DNA of 37,783 nucleotides from a virus (Duplodnaviria; Heunggongvirae; Uroviricota; Caudoviricetes): IMG/VR virus record IMGVR_UViG_3300029190_000005; one strand, 5' to 3'. Shown piece by piece: positions 35,070 to 37,783 of this stretch (position 1 is its first letter; each line of letters starts with the position of its first letter). The notes under the pieces were generated by a model. It saw only the letters and a program-made list of their open reading frames with translations, ran no database searches and was not told where the DNA came from. The position numbers and the translations under genes were made by a program.

Positions 35070-35565
35070 ATTCCAGGGGTTGGTTCACCCTGGAATTTTT
35101 GGGAAGGACCCTGAGCTAATACCTATCAAAAACGCGTTCATAGATCACTGGCGCTACGGTCATCATAAGGATTTCGGAAAGGACACTCTGTTTCGGGATC
35201 CACCGAAAGAAATGCTGGAATATCACATACGCCACGTTCACGTAAACATCGGAAACTATACTGACAAGTTTGGTGAGAGCGGTACGGAACAATGCTGGAA
35301 AAACTGGGCGTCTGGGAAGAAAGACAAGACCACTAACAAGCATAAAAAGATCCCAACCAGTGACGTGTATGTGATTTATCTGGTCACATCTGAACGCCAT
35401 GCCTTCCTTCTGGATTATTGGGATGAACCAGCACATAAGACAGTAGAAATTGACGAGCAGAAGCAAAAATTAGTTGTCGAGTGTGACAGAATTTTGCGGC
35501 TGAAAAAGTTAGAATCCATGCCGCGCGATGCTAGTTTGTGGGACCCAGAATTTTACGACTGTTAA
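35059..35565 (+). CDS. YafO-like toxin family protein (putative)
   Basis: Segments GIFGKDPEL...HIRHVHVN...SDVYVIYLVTSERHAFLLDYWDEPAHK parallel E. coli YafO motifs (DIFGRD...HIHL...HLVYCQ...AWLLIAILKPEPHK) from memory. Confidence 0.45.
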   Translation: MLNKFQGLVHPGIFGKDPELIPIKNAFIDHWRYGHHKDFGKDTLFRDPPKEMLEYHIRHVHVNIGNYTDKFGESGTEQCWKNWASGKKDKTTNKHKKIPTSDVYVIYLVTSERHAFLLDYWDEPAHKTVEIDEQKQKLVVECDRILRLKKLESMPRDASLWDPEFYDC

Positions 35566-35566
35566 T

Positions 35567-35590
35567 GGCCGCTTTCGCGGCCTTTTCTTT
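35567..35590 (+). terminator. Bidirectional rho-independent terminator (GGCCGCTTTCGCGGCC + TTTTCTTT)
   Basis: Same hairpin core as 32313-32330; sits between convergent genes. Confidence 0.55.
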
Positions 35591-35846
35591 ATGTGGTTTG
35601 TTTTCGTAATTGTTCGGCACAATAGTCGAGATGTGTTTGCAGATCCTGCATAGACATCTGTGAGCTGGTGACGTAGTTAATCAGTGCAGTCAGTTCGGCA
35701 AGTGGGCCATCGACATTAAATCCATCCTTATCGAGATCCCGGAGTAATTTCATCAAGTGCGATCCCTCCACCAGTGACCTGACGCCTCCCGGCGTGTGAA
35801 TCCTTTCGGTAAATCCGTCTTCCAGTGGATAGTGATACTGCTGCAT
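35589..35846 (-). CDS. Short antirepressor paralog (C-terminal domain only)
   Basis: 85 aa from ATG at 35846 (GGAGAA 6 nt upstream): MQQYHYPLEDGFTERIHTPGGVRSLVEGSHLMKLLRDLDKDGFNVDGPLAELTALINYV... aligns with the C-terminus of the Bro-N protein (YSAPLKPGYRSLIHSPSGVLGLTENSLLMNLLNQLQEDGHDVSGAAAELTTMFCYIV...). Confidence 0.5.
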   Translation of the reverse strand: MQQYHYPLEDGFTERIHTPGGVRSLVEGSHLMKLLRDLDKDGFNVDGPLAELTALINYVTSSQMSMQDLQTHLDYCAEQLRKQTT

Positions 35847-35867
35847 CTTATCTTCTCCATGCAATAA

Positions 35868-35883
35868 CTGTATGTTTATACAG
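35868..35883. promoter_or_regulatory. LexA (SOS) box CTGTATGTTTATACAG
   Basis: Fits CTGT-N8-ACAG; the 20-mer AACTGTATGTTTATACAGTA matches consensus TACTGTATATATATACAGTA at most positions; 22 bp upstream of the short antirepressor start. Confidence 0.65.
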
Positions 35884-35922
35884 TAACAAATAATTTGTTT
35901 GCTATCCAGCACGTTTTGCAAA

Positions 35923-35937
35923 TTACCCGAAAGGTAA
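35923..35937. promoter_or_regulatory. Operator-like palindrome TTACCCGAAAGGTAA
   Basis: Perfect site upstream of the LexA box and short antirepressor gene, and about 105 bp upstream of the tail spike start. Confidence 0.55.
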
Positions 35938-36041
35938 TATCTATTGGTATTTATAGTCTTTTTATCCATATATGGTTTTTCAGGTAATAGAATAACCAGA
36001 TATGCGGCGCAACGGGTGCTGCGACTATCTGGAGATTTAAC

Positions 36042-37693
36042 ATGACGGTCTCAACCGAAGTTGACCACAACGAATACACCGGTAACGGCGTTACGACATC
36101 GTTTCCGTATACTTTTCGAATTTTCAGAAAATCAGACCTGGTTGTTCAGGTGTCTGATCTGAACGGAAACGTAACAGAATTGGTCCTGGATACCGGTTAT
36201 ACGGTAACTGGGGCGGGCACTTATAGTGGCGGTTCTGTGGTTCTTCCGTCTCCGCTTGCTACTGGATGGCGAATTACGATAGATCGTGTGCTTGATGTAG
36301 TGCAGGAGACAGACCTTCGCAATCAGGGAAAATTTTTCCCCGAAGTGCATGAAGATGCCTTTGACTACCTGACGATGCTGATCCAGCAATGTTTTGGGTG
36401 GTTCAGACGTGCATTGATGAAGCCCTCTCTGCTTGCAAAATATTACGATGCAAAGCAAAACAGAATTTCTAACCTTGCAGATCCATCACTTGAGCAGGAT
36501 GCTGTAAATAATCGCTCAATGCGTAATTATGTCGATGCTGCAATCGCCGGGGTTGTTGGTGGTTTTGGTTGGTTTATTCAGTATGGTTCTGGGGCTGTGT
36601 ACCGAACGTTCCAGGATAAGATGAGAGACACCATTAGTGTTCGTGATTTTGGTGCAAAAGGAGACGGCATAACAGATGATACTGTAGCAATTCAAAATGC
36701 TATTAATGCAGTACCAGAAGGGGCTATACTTGGATTTTATGGTGGTGAATTTGTTTTTGATAAGGTTGAATTGTTTAAGCCAATAACATTAGTTGGTGAT
36801 GCAACGTTAATTCACAACGGATTTAGAATAAAATCTAGCAGAATCCGATCACTTTTATCTGGCGTTCAGAAATGCAAGGATTACTCCGAGTCTTCAAGAG
36901 CATTTTATTGCTATGCAAATGAAGACCAAAGAGATTATGACGATATTCAGATTTTATTTAATAGATTTGAAGGTTTCTTTTACTCTACGGCATTTGTTGC
37001 AAAAAACTATTATTTGGAGAATGACCCTAATTCAAGAATTGTCAAAAACACAAAAGTAATAGGGTGTACATCAGTTGCTCCTGATTCTGTAAATGCCGGT
37101 CATTTTCAACATATAGGCGTTACAAATGCTGAAACATCACATAACTCAACTTATGGCGGACAAAATGCAACATCATACAACTTCATTAACCAGAATGGAT
37201 TTGTAAGGATTATAGGAAATTATGACCATAACAATAGCTATGGTTCATGTGAGCTTGAGAACTCAATGGTGAGTAACTCAGTCATATCAGGTAATACGTT
37301 TTCGTCATATTTATGGGTGGATGATACAAGTAATGTTACTATTTCTGGAAATACAGTTTCATCAAGGATCAAAGTAACATCGCAAACTGACGATGTTCAT
37401 AATATAACCATATCAGCAAATACCACAAAACGGATTACTATAGAGCAATTTGGAGAATCTCCAACAGGTCTGGTATATGGTGCATTAATTTCCTGCAACA
37501 CTATTACTGGCGACAGTGATGGAAGTTCAGACATTTTATGTACGTCACTTGTTACAGGTGAAATTTCATCAAATTATTGTCATGGATCAGAAAAAAATAT
37601 ATCAATTGTCCGCCTGGATTCTTCTGATATAACTGTTAGAAATAATAAAGGAAACAAAGGATTACTTACAATAAGTAACGATGGTGGAAGGAT
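36042..37693 (+). CDS. Tail spike / tail fiber protein, 3' end disrupted by IS insertion
   Basis: Conserved-looking anchor N-terminus (MTVSTEVDHNEYTGNGVTTSFPYTFRIF) then a beta-helix-type segment (DFGAKGDGITDDTVAIQNAI) and an AT-rich Asn/Ser-rich distal part; the frame runs into IS sequence at 37694 and stops at 37733. Confidence 0.7.
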
Positions 37694-37783
37694 TGAACCG
37701 CCCCGGGTTTCCTGGAGAGTGTTTTATCTGTGAACTCAGGCTGCCAGATCATCGTTTCCGATGGAAGCATAATAAGCTTTTTC
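37694..37783 (-). mobile_element. Terminal part of an IS3-family insertion sequence (IS629-like), continues beyond the window
   Basis: TGAACCGCCCCGGGTTTCCTGGAGAG... at 37694 matches the IS629-type terminal inverted repeat as I recall it; the minus strand reads ...EKAYYASIGNDDLAA*, plausible as a transposase C-terminus; GC content changes abruptly here. Confidence 0.6.

Overview
Almost the whole window (about bp 200 to the end) is a lambdoid-type prophage inserted just downstream of a host gene whose C-terminus reads ...[24 protein letters not shown] (GMP synthase-like, guaA). Order left to right: P4-like tyrosine integrase (+); a leftward early operon (N6-adenine methyltransferase, AlpA/Xis-like, RecT and RecE-like recombination pair); an immunity region with a repressor that has no obvious LexA-type peptidase domain, divergent from a Cro-like gene; O-like and P-like replication genes with iterons inside O; nin-like accessory genes (DUF1064-like, Ea22-like, DUF551-like); small and large terminase; an AT-rich minus-strand moron and a phage tRNA-Arg(UCU); a podovirus-style virion module (portal, scaffold, capsid, tubular A/B-like, three large internal/ejection proteins); an accessory island (secreted proteins, two antirepressor paralogs, a YafO-like toxin pair); and a tail spike gene interrupted at its 3' end by an IS3-family (IS629-like) end. 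No Q antiterminator, lysis cassette, CRISPR array or rRNA was found. The strongest signal is a 15-bp palindrome TTACC-N5-GGTAA with 11 perfect copies, all intergenic and next to gene starts, which looks like a dispersed repressor-operator regulon. Other notable points: an in-frame TAG in the nozzle-like tail gene, a consensus LexA box in front of a short antirepressor paralog, and a compact structured element that may be a small RNA. All protein family calls are from reading the translations and from memory; none was checked against a database.
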